A DNA stretch of 62,239 nucleotides, filler included, from Jimgerdemannia flammicorona (lineage: Eukaryota): the NCBI GenBank assembly GCA_003990765.1. It is 3 parts of 3 records of this genome, joined end to end, with 100 filler letters (N's around TTAATTAATTAA, not from the genome) between each part and the next. Parts side by side here need not be neighbours in the genome. Positions count along the whole stretch, not along the records: positions 1 to 20,681 come from RBNJ01001614.1; 2 more parts are not named here. One strand, 5' to 3'. Under the pieces are notes generated by a model. It searched no databases. It was not told where the DNA came from and worked only from the letters and a program-made list of their open reading frames with translations. Positions 1-13,104 of this stretch are shown piece after piece (within the stretch, counting starts at the first letter, position 1; each line of letters opens with the position of its first letter). A program made the translations under genes and the position numbers.

Positions 1-180
1 TCGAAATAAGTTCAAAGCAAAGAGATAGCAAAGGAACTAGTAAGCCTGCGGGCAGATACACTTCGAACTCACCCACCCTTCCCCTGCCACTTCAAGAGAC
101 TCTGCGAGAGTCAGAACAGTCAAGTTTTCAAGATACAGAAATCCGACGTACTTTCAAGAGTAAGCGTCCGCTACGTTACA
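1..180 (+). mobile_element. Probable 3' end of a young LTR inserted into older TE debris
   Basis: CpG-containing segment ends in ...CTACGTTACA (LTR-type CA terminus), then switches abruptly to CpG-free AT-rich sequence at 181. The other end is outside the window. Confidence 0.4.
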
Positions 181-3100
181 CTATATTATATATAGTATTT
201 ATAACTACTTATAGAAAATTCTATTAAAATTTCTATTAGAATTTCTATTGAGAATTCTAATAGCTTATTAATATATTTTATAAAAATTCTGTTAAAATTT
301 TTATTGAAATTTCCAATAGCTTTGTTAGAATATAATAATTGTTACATTCTTATCTTCTTTATTAGAACTTACTAATTAAGATTAGTACTAATTATAGATA
401 CTCTTTAAACTGAAGAACTGTATACTAGACTACTTAGAAGGTGATATCACTCTAGTATTCATTGGTCAGATTGATAATATTCTCTGAAAATATTCCATAA
501 AGGTGATCAAAGACTTGAAGCCAAGTACAGAAAAGGATATATAATTATTTTGTGATAATATAGATATAGTTATCAATAAATAGGTAGAATAGTTACTTGG
601 CTTTACGAGAGTTACTTGTTGGTAAATGAGTTATCTAATCTCATAATATTCCTTCAATTCTTATTAATAGTAAAAGACTTAGAAATGTTAGATTCTTCTA
701 AGATATTATTGGGCTTCATTTGGATCAAGATTTCTAAAAATTTGTATATTGATAAAGAATAGTTCTGTAGAGGTCTATTGGTATTTAATAGTTATAAAAA
801 TAGCTATAGTAATCTTATTCTTAATCTATTCTAGTATCATTACTAGTTATTTATATTATAGTAAATTATCTTATAAATATCTTAGGATATTTATACTTCT
901 CTTTATCAAGAGTATATCTATCTTTTGAAAATTCTATTATAATTTTCATTATATAAGATATTTGTATTGAGCTACTGCTTCTTTTATATTTAGTAAAAGA
1001 TTATCTTCTTTTTCCCAAGTAGTATCATATTTAGAATAGCCTTTCTATTTTATAAGATAGTATTAGATAAACTTGGTAGCTTATCCAAATTATCAGTCCT
1101 TGTAATTCAAAATATAATCAACTTTATATTCTAGTTTTTGATTAATGATAATTAGATCTAGAGATAGTATTATTCTTTCTTTAAAGGTATTTTCAGTATA
1201 TAGCTAGAGTTGAGATATATAAAACATTGAGTGGATTTTTTTTAGAGTTGCTAGAAGGTTCAACTTATATACAATAGAACTATACTTTTTTAAGATCTTA
1301 AATAGTCTAATATAGTAGAATCTGAGTTTCTTCTTTAATTTTGTATTATCTAGAGTTAAGTATTATATATTGAGTAATACTCATTCACCTTTTTCATAAG
1401 TAACTTCTCTTCTATTTTTTTTTTTAAAAAAAAGCAGAGTACTCTTCTCATTAAGTACTCTATCTTATCATGCCTCACCCTTCTTATCTGAAGAAGCCTA
1501 GACAGATACTTAGTAGGTCTCTCAACTTTCTCAAGTCTTTATCACTATAGCTAAGCTATTATATTCTATATACATGCCTTCTCCTCCTCTCTCAACACTC
1601 TCTTCAATCTCTTTACTTCCAGCTGGATCTATCTTAGGCTCTAATCTTTCACATCCTCCTACTCTAATATCTTTGCCTACTCTAACTATAATAACTCTAT
1701 CCTATAAGAGACCCATCTCTCTCACTATCTCTGCTGAGCTCTTTTAAACCTACTAGCTTTACTTCAATATATTTTGGCAGTCTTCTTCAACTTCACTCAA
1801 TAGATCCCTACTGGAGACCTCTCATATTTTCAGCAAACAATCTTCATCTCAATATTCTCTATCTAAGTATTCTACAACTCCTTCTTCTCTAATAAGGAGA
1901 AATTAAAATACTAATATTCAGATCTATCTCCACTCTCTCCAAACTGACTATACTCTAATAGTCTCTAATGATCAGATCATAGATACTACTCTATCTCTAA
2001 GTCATTCAAACATCTATCCCCCAGTAGTCACCAGTCAATATCTAGTCAATTTTTGTCCTAAGTCTATTCACTTAATGAGTATAAACTCTCTGATCACCCT
2101 ATACCATTCTGTCAGTATCTATTAATGAACTTAGAATACTTTATTTTCTCAGACTACTACTATAGCCCACTATATATCTTCCTCCATCAATTCTATTTAA
2201 TAGTATATTTTGCACTATATTAAAGTTCTCATTCAGTATATCTACACTAACTTCAGTAAGTATATCATACTCATAAAGTTTATCTAGCTACTCTACTCAG
2301 TTACTCTTAATTACTGAGCAATAACAAGAGCCTACTACTACTAGATCTTACCTAGTCTTTGCTATTTTCTCCAAACCAGGTGGTCTCTCTATCTTCCAAT
2401 CTTATATAATTCTCTCTTACCTCTCTGTATCAGAATTTCCACCTTATCTCTCTAAATCACTGTATTACCCCACTCTCTCATTTATATTAATTTATCTAAT
2501 TTCTCCTTATAATATTTATCTTATAGTAGAAAAAGATCTATCTTCAAACTCTATAGTCAAGTAAAAATGGTTTGATGCCTTACAGAGCTCCATAGACTAT
2601 TTATATTTAATAAGAAAATGCTAGTTATACTATTTATAAAAAAATATTATTATATTATAGTCCTATTCTCTTTATAGTTTTATACTTATCTTCTTCTGAG
2701 CCAAGTTTAGATTATATTCTGTAATTACTTCCTCCTCCTCAACCTTCTTAGCATCCAATCTAGCTAGTATCTCAGTAATCTCCTCATTATTCTTAGTCTT
2801 TATCTCTTCTATATACTTCTCACATACCATCTGTCAGAGCTACAATTTATATCTCTACTTTCATTAGAAAGCAGTATACTCTCTAGCAACTACTACTAAT
2901 TTAGCCTTTTTTACTATATCTACCTTATAATCTTTCTCTTTCAAAAATATAGTCAAAACCTCAGCCTTCAGCTTTTCCACTACTCTATTACTCTACAATA
3001 CCTCTCTCTCTTCTATTTTTGTTAGTATATATTACTTATATTCTTTATACTTCTATGAGGACATCATATGCTTGCTAGATAATATCTTATATAATATTAG

Positions 3101-5800
3101 CAACTTCTTATATCATTAATACTATTACCCATATGATAGTTGTGAGAGTTTAAAGATATTATCTATAGTTTAGATAGAATGAAATTATTTTTATACTTAT
3201 ACTTATACTATTATTATATATAAATTTAACTAGAGTTAAGTTTTCATTTCAATCATTCTACTTATAGCTATAGTAGATATTAAGTATCTGCTTCAGGATT
3301 TAATTAATTCATTCTATTTAGCTATCTCTATAGATGATAAACAGTAGATATCTTAAGTTATATTTCTAGACTTTTTAAAGAGTACTTATCAGAAGTTACT
3401 TATAAATTTCATATCTCTATCAGAGATAATTATTAATAGTAACCTATAGAGATAAGATATATTATTAATAAACAATTGTACTGTTTCTAAAGCTATTATA
3501 GTAGTAATAGTTATAATAAAATAAGTTTACTTACTGAGATAATTAATAAAGACAATAATCACATCTCTTATCTTCTTTATTTTTGACAGTTGGACAATAA
3601 AGTCTATTCTGATATAGTCTTAATTTTAGATGAAAATTAGTAGTAGCTATAGTATTCTAGCTAAAGCTTAGTTACTAAACTAATATCTTTAGTAAATATT
3701 ACAGAATACAATGTAGTTCTTGATGTTAGCTATTATCTTGAATCAGTAGAAATCTTAGGTAATATATTAATATATTTTGTCAAATCTCATATAACTAGCT
3801 ATGAGTATATCATGTAATTTTTATAGGATTCACAGATAAATAGAGATATTAGAAATATTCTTATATATCTTCTTTAGAATATTACTTTCTTCTTTGAGAA
3901 TTTGCTTAGCAATTTCTTATATATTAGTATTCTTGATATACTCTTTTTTTAACTTCTTTAAATAGGCTGATAGTAATATTACTAATTACTATAATATCAT
4001 TTTTCTGAGTACTGCATTAGCTACTTTATTCTTAGTATTTAATTTTAACATTAAAGAGTACAAGAATCTTATGTATTATATCTGTCTTTTAGTAAGAATT
4101 AGATATATCTGAATATATTATAGAGCTTAATAGTCTATTTATAAGATGAATTTCTTGCTAAAGAGGAAATATCTTCATAATTGTGAAGATCATATGATAG
4201 TAAGGAGTTTCTTATCTTATATATATAGTTCTTTCTATACTTATTTAGCTTCTGAGACAAGTATGTAACTAGATATTTATATTGAGTCAATATGGCTCTA
4301 ATAGTGATATTTAAGATATATATCTATAGTAATAGTAAAAAGTTCTATAGAGTCTGGGCTAATTAGGATTAGTGTATTGATCAGAGTATTTATTACTATA
4401 GTGTATTCTTCTATCTATTCTTTTTTAATATTGATTCTCTTTTTGTAAAGACTTATAAGTGAGGAGGCAATTACTGAGAATTCTTGAATATATCTTTAGT
4501 AGTATCCAGCTAATCTATTGAATCCACATTGAGACTTGAGGGTCTTTAGAATAGATCAGTTGCAGATTGCTTCAGTCTTTTTGAAATTAATAGTAATACT
4601 ATTTACTGAGATAATATATCCTAGATATTTGATTTTCTCTTAAAAAAGTAGCACTTCTTTCTTTTTGCTGAAAGCTTGTATTCTTAGAGTATATATATAT
4701 ATCAAAAATCATCTATAGATATATTAGTAAATAGTACTGCTTATACTATATATTAGAATATTATTGAAGTATGCTAGAATAAATACTCTAAGATATTTTT
4801 TAAATATGATATTTATCAGTATCTGGAAGATTACTGATATATTATTGAGTCTGAAAGATATTATACAGAATTTATAATATCTAAATCTTATTCAAAATAC
4901 TATCTTTAGAATATCTTCTTTCTTGGTAATATCTAAATATAAGATTGTTAAGTAAAAAGATCTTAGTATTATATACTTAATTAAGTTATTTATCAATTTG
5001 TAAAAGTATATATTAGTTCTTAATAGATATTTTATTGAGTACTTGGTAATCAATACATATGTAGAGACTATTATCTTTCTTGTAAATAAAGAGAATTAGT
5101 ATACTATATAGTAATTTTTAAGATATATAAGGCCTTTGTTTGACAGATCTGCTAGCTATTTCTTGAGAGTTTCTATCTTAGACTGAGCTAGTCAGTAGAT
5201 TCTACAGTAAGAGTATTTACTCCTAGAGTGATTTCAATATTATAGTTGATAGATAGTAGTCTTTGAGTAGTTTTTAAAGAGTTTCTTCATTATCATCTTT
5301 ATTCTTCAATAGTTCAGAAAGATCATTATCATCATTATCTTCTGTTAATAGCTATAATAAAACTATATACTGATAGAATTAATATATTGTAGATAATTAA
5401 GATAACTATTAGTTCTAAGTTCTGAGTTCTTATAAGAAAGTATTGAGTTCCAATTGTCTGTTGTAGTAGTAAGTATTACTTTTGAATTCTTATGCTGATA
5501 GCAGAGATACCATACTTATATCTCAAGTTAATTAGGCTTAAAATCATTAACAAGTCAGATCTGAGAGTTCTATGATAAGAATATTTCTTTATTTTTATAT
5601 TTAGGAAAAGTAGAGCTGAGGTTATAATATATATACTCAGTATAGAGAGTATTTATATAGATTTGAGACTTTGGCTAAATATAGTATACTGAATATATTT
5701 ATATATAATTATACTATATAGAATATTTATAACTAGTAGTTGTAAATTCTGTAGAAATTTCAGTAGCTTGTAGGTATATAATAATTTATTAGACTCTTCT
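181..5800 (-). mobile_element. Degenerate Ty3/Gypsy (chromovirus) retrotransposon, pol remnant RT-RH-IN-chromodomain, interrupted at 1420-3006
   Basis: Minus strand: RT motif decayed to FILAYFNNILIYS (YFNN at 4760-4771, from YFDD); KFCIISFRLNN (from MPFGL) near 4840-4875; integrase C-terminal IHSMFYISQL near 1205-1237; chromodomain YLIK*KGYSKYDTTWEKEDNL near 1000-1060. Many stops. Confidence 0.85.
1420..3006 (-). mobile_element. Non-LTR-type insertion with 14-bp target-site duplication inside the Gypsy integrase
   Basis: TCTCTTCTATTTTT at 1406-1419 and 3007-3020; T-run at the left end. The paralogous Gypsy copy near 6340-6365 is uninterrupted here. No coding identity could be read. Confidence 0.6.
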
Positions 5801-5819
5801 TTTTTTTATCTAAACCTAC

Positions 5820-8255
5820 TCATTAGATTTAGTACTAAACTTTAGATACTTATTAAACTGAAGACTAGTATACTAGACTACTTGAAAGATAATATTACTC
5901 TATTATTCATTACTCAAATTAATAATATTTTCAAGAGATACTCTATGGATTCCTAGATAGTATTATATATAGGATATCTTTTTTATTTTATAAGATAGTA
6001 CTAGATAGGCTTGGCAGCTCATCCAAATTAATAGTCCTTGTAATCTAAAATGAAATCAACTTCATATTCTAGTTCTTGATTAATAATAATCAGATCTAAA
6101 AATAGTACTATTCTTTCTTTAAAGATATTTTTAGTATATGACTAGAGTTGAGATATATGAAATACTGAGTGGAATTTTCTTAAAGTTACTAAGAGATCTA
6201 ACTTATATATAATAAAACCATATTTCTCTATAATCTTGAATAGTCTAATATAGTAGAGTCTGAGTTTCATTTTTGATCCTATATTATTTAAGATTAGATA
6301 TTATATATTGAGTAATATCTATTTATCTTTTTCATATGTAACTTCTCTTTTATTTTTATTAGTATATATACTACTTATATTCTTTATACTTCTATAAGAA
6401 TATTATATACTTACTAGATAGTATCTTATATAGTATCAGTGACTTTTTGTACTATTGGTACTATTACTCATATGATAGTTGTAAAGGTTCAGAGATATTA
6501 TCTATAGTTCAGATAGAATAGATTCATTTTTGTACTTATATTTACATATATTGTTATTATATATAAATTTAGCTAAGATCAGTTTTTTATTTTAATAATT
6601 CTACTTATAGTCATAGTAGATACTAGTGCTCTCAATGAATTGAATCAAATCAAATTTGGCCCAAACTCAATTTGATTCAATTGAATCAAGGGTCCAATTC
6701 GATTTGATTCAATTGAATCAAGGGTCCAATTCAATTTGATTCGAATCAAATCAAAGGTCCAATTTGATTCGAAGTTTGATTCAAACCTTAATTTTCAAAA
6801 TGTAATAACTCGACGAAAACTCATCCAAATTTAACATATTTTAGCTTGTTAGATTCACTGTATTAATGTGATTCTAACAAGCTAAAGTATATTAGATTTG
6901 GATGAGTTTACGCTGAGTTATTGCATTTTGAAAATTAGGGTTCGAATCAGACCCTCAATTCGATTTGACTTTTGATTCAATTCGAATTGATTTGAATTGA
7001 AAAATCCCCAATTCGATTCGACTCATTTAACCCTCAATTCGATTTGATTCGAATTGATTTGACTTGTTTGGAAGCACTAGTAGATACTAAGTATTTACTT
7101 CAGAGTTTGATTAGTTCATTCTGTTTGACTGTCTGTCTGTCTGTGAGATAAGTAGTAGTTATCATGAGTTATATCTTTAATTCTTTAAAAAGTATCTGCT
7201 AGAAGTTACTTGTGAATTTTATATTTCTATCAGAGATGATTGCTAATAATAATCTATAAAGGTAGAATATATTGTCAATAAATAATTATACTATTTCTGA
7301 CACTATTATAGTAGTGGTTATTATAATGAAATAAGTCTGCTTAATAAGATAATTGATAAAAACAATAATTATATTCTTTTTCTTCTTTATTTTTGATAGT
7401 TGAATAATAAAGTTCATTCTGATATAGTCTCAATTTTGGATAGAAATTGATAATATATAGCTATAGCATTTCTGCTAGAGCTTAGTTGTTAGATATATAT
7501 CTTTGACAAATATACAGAATACAATATAGTTCTTAATATCAGCTATCATCTTGGTCCAATAAAAATCTTAGACAATATATTACATATCTTATCAAATCTT
7601 ATATAACTGGCTATAGATATGTTATATAATTCTTATAAGATTTGTAAGCAGATAGTAGTATCAAAAACCCAAATTCTTGTATTATTAAGATACATATATT
7701 TATTTTAAATAGAAATATTCTTATATATCTTCTTCAAAATATTGCTTCTTTCTTTGAGAATTTGTTTAGTAATTTCTTATATATTGATATCCTTGGTATA
7801 CTTCTTTTGAACTTCTTCAAATAGACTAGTAGTGATATTACTAATTGCTATAAGATCATCCTTTTGAATACTTCAGAAAAGTATATATATTAGCTACTTT
7901 ATTTTTAGTATCAGCAATGTGCTTAATTTTAATATTGAAGAGTATAAGGATCTGTATCTATTATGCTTATCTTTCTATAAGAATTAGTTATATCTAAATA
8001 TATTACAGAGTTTGATAGTCTATCTATAAGATAAATTTCTTACTAAAGAAAAAGTATCTCTATAATTACAGAGATTAGATAATAGTAAGAAGTTTCTTAT
8101 CTTATATTATATAGTTTATTTTATACTCATTCAGCTTTTGGAACAGACATATAACTAGATATTCATACTGGATCAATATAGCTCTAATAGTAATATTTGA
8201 GATATCTATAGTGATGGTAAAGAGTCCTGTAGATCTGGGCTGATTAGGATTGATG
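5820..8255 (-). mobile_element. Second degenerate copy of the same Gypsy element (3' region, chromodomain, integrase, RNase H)
   Basis: 5835-5950 repeats 405-500; 5980-6620 repeats 1040-1420 plus 3020-3280; 7080-8255 repeats 3280-4370. Differences are mostly C/T and G/A. Confidence 0.85.
6624..7079. mobile_element. hAT-type MITE with 8-bp TSD, subterminal repeats and a central palindrome
   Basis: Termini TAGTGCT...AGCACTA; TSD GTAGATAC at 6616-6623 and 7080-7087; the empty site is a single GTAGATAT in the first Gypsy copy near 3272; repeated ATTCGATTTGATTC-type motifs; ~150-bp inverted repeat at 6790-6937. Confidence 0.85.
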
Positions 8256-9314
8256 CCCATAACTCTATCTCTGCAAGCAAGAAGGAATTGAGGCACTAAT
8301 ATCCAGGCCCATTCCCACTCCCCCCAAACTGACCACACTCCAATAGCCCCCAATGATCTGACCATGGGTACCACTCAACCTCCAGATCTATTCAGACATC
8401 TATCTCCCAGCACTGATAATTGAGGCTATGCAGAAAATATTAACCAACCGCATCTCACCTCTGCAACCATCAATGGCTTAAATCTTTGGCGGCCACATAG
8501 TACTCTATTGATTTCACAAAAACATATACCTGGTAAACTTTTGCAAAGCCGCCTTCGGCAAGTTGTTGAATACCATATAGATTATTGGGCAAGGTATGGC
8601 TCCACACGGAGTGCTTGGATACCGATTCTTCCTGCCATGATTTCTGTTTTGTGGGCTTCGTGCAGGTCGCCCCAGGGTTTGATTCTGATCAGCAAGTCCT
8701 GTAGGCCGTCGAACATATTCTCTCAACACTATCACGTGACCGCCATATTCTGTCAATCTGTCACACCACCCAGTTATTGGGTTATTCGACTTTGTTTAAC
8801 ATAATTACGTATTAGCCCTAAAAGTATATCTGCGCCGACTGATCGACAGGTCACTTTCGTTCAAGCCATTAGCTTTGGATCTCGTCTGACGTTAGCATCG
8901 TCTACGCCCCGTTTCCAAGGCCTGGAACCTTTTCATTTATAATCTTGACGTTGATACTATGTATACGCGTTCCCTAGGCATAAAGATTCTTTCCATTTAT
9001 GACCCTGTGAATTAGGATAGAAAAAAATATGTGTTATCTGGAACGGGGCCCGGAAAAGCCCTTGCCCCATGTCTTGGTGCTATGAAGGCCTCCAATGGAA
9101 TCATCCCGCTCACAAACATACACCATAGTTCAGATGTCTTTTTTAATATTTTTTTCTGGGAAGACAATGAGACAGAGGCTCTATCTTGACATGAATATTT
9201 TTTTATTTTACCTGCAGTTATTGTCCGAGAATTAACTCATTACCGTCCAAGCAGCACAGCATATCTCAATCTATGAACCATTTTCGACTTTCATACAATA
9301 CCTAAGACGTTTTT

Positions 9315-9315
<1 letters not shown>

Positions 9316-9360
<45 letters not shown>
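9316..9360 (+). repeat. Poly(A) tract, possible retroposon tail
   Basis: About 45 consecutive A. Confidence 0.6.
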
Positions 9361-9365
<5 letters not shown>

Positions 9366-12300
9366 GCATTTAAGTACAGACCAAAAGTTCCTGTTTCCCC
9401 GTGCAATTGATTTCCTTGACTATCCCATGGATTCCCATCTTAACCCAGAAAATTGGTTAGAGTTCTACAAACGATTTAGTACTATCCCACAGTACAAAAT
9501 ACTCTCCCCCTACAATGGCTACTTGAATAACTGTTCGAATTTATATACTAGTTTATCATAGACCTCATGGAATTCATTTTGCCTTTCTATTGAATTATAT
9601 TTTAACACCCATATTCCTAAAATAAACAATAGCTTCACACAGAAGAATTAGAGCTCCCTCCAAACCTAAAAGATCTGCATCACTGTCTACCATATCTTCC
9701 ACAAATGACTAAAAATATTCCGTTAGAATATCAATGGCCGCAACATATATGACAAAACACCGCTGTCCATGAGCAAGTTTCATGAAACATTATCCACCCC
9801 ACACGGCCAAGTGACGTCTCTAATCCTCCACGTAACTTCTCGCCTGTCGAGCTGTCGAGCCTTAGGATAGTGAGGGGATCTAAAACGGCAAACAAAGAAC
9901 TATTGATATTCTATGCTGTTTGCGCTCTAACCATACGGAGATGAATATTGTGCAGTAAAAATGTTATGGGATTGCGATTTCGGAGTAAAGGAATCCCACC
10001 TTCGCCTAATCCCACCAATGCACCGTAGGCCATATGGATGGGATGTGTGCTGCCTGTTTTATTATCTCAATCTGACATCCACACGACCTTTTCAAGATAT
10101 GGAAGAAATGTTTCAAATTCATTTTTCTCAACACCCACTAAAAGGTAGTCGTCATGCTATAAGGTGTCTTGAGTTCTGCCAAATTGAGGTTCAAAAGTCG
10201 CTGCTTTTTTTTTTTTTTTTTTAGTCCCCTCTCATGGATTCTCGTGCTGATACGATTTTTTATTTGAATTCAGTCATTTTCTTGCAGAAGTATGTGAGTT
10301 TGTATCCTGGGCAAGAACGTTTAATTAGTTTGTTCAAAGGTAAGCGGTATCTATTTGTTATCAACATTCTAACGAAAGTGGCGTACTAGTATAAGATCTG
10401 ATTACAGTATATAAAATTCACTCTGTAGATAGCTCTCGAACCCCTCGATAAGCACTCGTTCATCCTGGCCGTCATTCTAATTATATCTGCCATTGCCTTT
10501 CACCATGTGCGGCCAGGGTTATCGGGGAATATTGAACGTGCTCCTATCCTGACCACGATTCTCGACTCTGGCATATGTTCCCTCCACGGCAAACACTACA
10601 TGCACTTTGAAATTTATTCTTGCCATCACGCAGAGTACATCGCACTTGCTAACTCATGCTCCGATAGATTTCGCTTACGTACAGCACGACAATTAGAGGT
10701 ACGATCACAGCGTCACCAACCTGTCATACCAATCTGACAACACTACCGTAAGAAGGAAGCCAACACGGAGTCTGAATCATCTGCTTTGATCCGTCTGGGG
10801 TTAGAATCTCGCATTCGAAATGGATGAAAAGGCAAACAAAAGAATGGTTGCACGAAGTCGGGAACTGTTGGATTGACTGATGCTTTGAACTTCGTAAATG
10901 GCATCAACGGTGGCAGATTAGAAACGCTTGTGGGATTGATGTTATCAATCATGGTGGGTAATAATGAAAAATGAGCATGGCGGTGTATGTGATTAGCATT
11001 CCTATGTAGTTGATTTTTTTTTTTTTGCCATGCTTCACATGACAGATTAAGGTCGAGGCTCCGTATTTCAAAATACCCAAGTTGCCTTTATTTCAGATTC
11101 TCTATGTGCGCAATTTTTGATGACAGACGTGCATCCTGGAAATTGCAGACGGGGAGCTTTGCACGCTCTGCGCCATAGGAGCCACGGTTTTTCAACACGC
11201 GACTGGGGTCGGCAATAAGCCGATGTTAGTTTCATGTTTTATTTATTTTATTTTTTAAAATGCGAAAAAATTATTGATGCATTCGATGTTTTCATTTGTG
11301 AATCCCACAACGCGAATCCCGCGAGCCATGACGCACATGAAGACGTTGTTCCAACAAAGATACAGAAGGATCCTAGTCTCTAACCTTTTTTTTTTTTTTC
11401 TAACGTCGTCTAGCAGATTCAATTGGTGCGGTGAGAGGGTGGCCTGCAGACGTGTTTTTTAGGTTAACGATGCGAAAATCGCAGTTCCTGCGTAAGGCTC
11501 TGCTCGGTGGAGGATTTTATTTTATTTGTCATATTTTATTTATTTATTTATTATCTATAAGTAATTACCTCTTGGTCAGTGCGCTAAACGATCATGATAC
11601 AACAACAGAAATATAAAAATATGTAGACATTGGCAAGGTAATGGTAATACACGAATTTGGAACAAGGTGTAACTGTTCGATATAAAGTAAGCTTCACAGG
11701 TTATGCGGTGCTGTGGATACCCGGATCCAGAGCTTTAGACTAGCGTAAATATGGGCCTGGATTCGTTTGTTCATAACATGTCCACGACATAATTGGTGCC
11801 GAGATAATAATTTGATGACACATATATACATATATAGTCATACCAAGAGAGAATCAGTTTAGGGACACATTATTTAATGCACGTCCTTGTCAATTGGCTA
11901 GGCAAACTGTCTTCCCGCGCCGTCCAACGCTCGCCGTGTGACTCCAATTCAATAGTATAAACCTCGTTTCATAATAAGCCATACCCCCGTTCTGAGTGTC
12001 AGAGATAGGATGCATATTGAGCCATAAACGCGCTCTCTCCAAAGTAAACTTCAATATAAGCGGCTAATCGTAAAGCCGCTCTCTCGAAATCAAACTCCCT
12101 TTTTCCCTCGATACTGACACACACTTTACTGCAATTTCAAGCAAGTATTGAATGTTATACGTGGATGGATAATGAAACGTACACCATCAAAACTTCATGG
12201 CTACGTGGTCTATCGTCCTGGATCCGATGCGACGACTTGCATTATTGTTTGACCCGGCTTGTGGATCACAACCCAATGTCGTTATTACGTGAACGAAATG

Positions 12301-12450
12301 TCTTACTTATCGAGTTTACTCTTCTAATGAATCACCCAACAAAAATTGATTATTCAATTCGAATTCCACAGCCGAACACCCTCATTGTAAACAGTAGTTT
12401 CCATGCGCTAAATAAAACCCCTCTCCACCTATTTCAATACAGCAGCATTA

Positions 12451-13104
12451 TTATATTTCATCCTCCCCTCTACGAGTCACTCGCCACCGCTTCACCTCGT
12501 CAAAAAGATACCTCGTCCCCGGTGCCTCGGCCGACTCCACCTTTTCGTACAACACCACATCCCACTCCGTCATCTCAGTTTCTTCCTTTTCCAGATTCAC
12601 TGTCTCTTGCGCTATCCGCTCCATCTCCTCCATCACCTCCGGAGCCAAGCTCCCCTCACCCTTCTCCGGGTAAAGGGCCAAACTTATATGGTTGATGTTC
12701 TTTTTACGCACGTGCGCCCCAACCTCGGAACCCGTCGCTGCTTCTACCAACGCATCCATCACCTCGTGGTACACCAGCGGAGCCTTTAACCCGACCAGCA
12801 GCTCCCCGGGAGCCTGTTTCCGACGTATGAAACCCGTTAACCGCGGTGGCGGAAACGGCAGACGCTTTTGGATCGCATCGTCGAGGGCCTGAACCATCGT
12901 TGCCGTGGTGCACGCCAGGGTTGGATCGGAGTTGCTGGGGGTAACGTCGAAGAAGCCGGTTATGGTGCAATGCGGATAGTAGCGTTGGGCTGAGTTGGGG
13001 CCGAAGCGGGAGAGAGTCATGGTAATGAAGGCATCGAGGCGGTTGAAAAAGGAGGAGGTTGGGGAGGGCTCAAGGTAGAGGATGAAGCGCCGAAGAGAGG
13101 ACAT
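12451..13104 (-). CDS. Stand-alone 2H phosphoesterase-superfamily protein (217 aa, intronless)
   Basis: Intact ORF with two HxT/S motifs, YPHCTITGFF and NHISLA, about 90 aa apart. Resembles the 2H domain of UBASH3/Sts proteins. Confidence 0.75.
   Translation of the reverse strand: MSSLRRFILYLEPSPTSSFFNRLDAFITMTLSRFGPNSAQRYYPHCTITGFFDVTPSNSDPTLACTTATMVQALDDAIQKRLPFPPPRLTGFIRRKQAPGELLVGLKAPLVYHEVMDALVEAATGSEVGAHVRKKNINHISLALYPEKGEGSLAPEVMEEMERIAQETVNLEKEETEMTEWDVVLYEKVESAEAPGTRYLFDEVKRWRVTRRGEDEI

Noticed and set aside
8260..9720. Short ORFs around the poly(A) tract
   Set aside because: No recognisable domain, TSD or consistent splice structure.
12165..12695. 176-aa plus-strand ORF
   Set aside because: Overlaps the 2H gene in antisense; the Pro/Ser-rich tail is the reverse of Glu-rich coding; no family motif.
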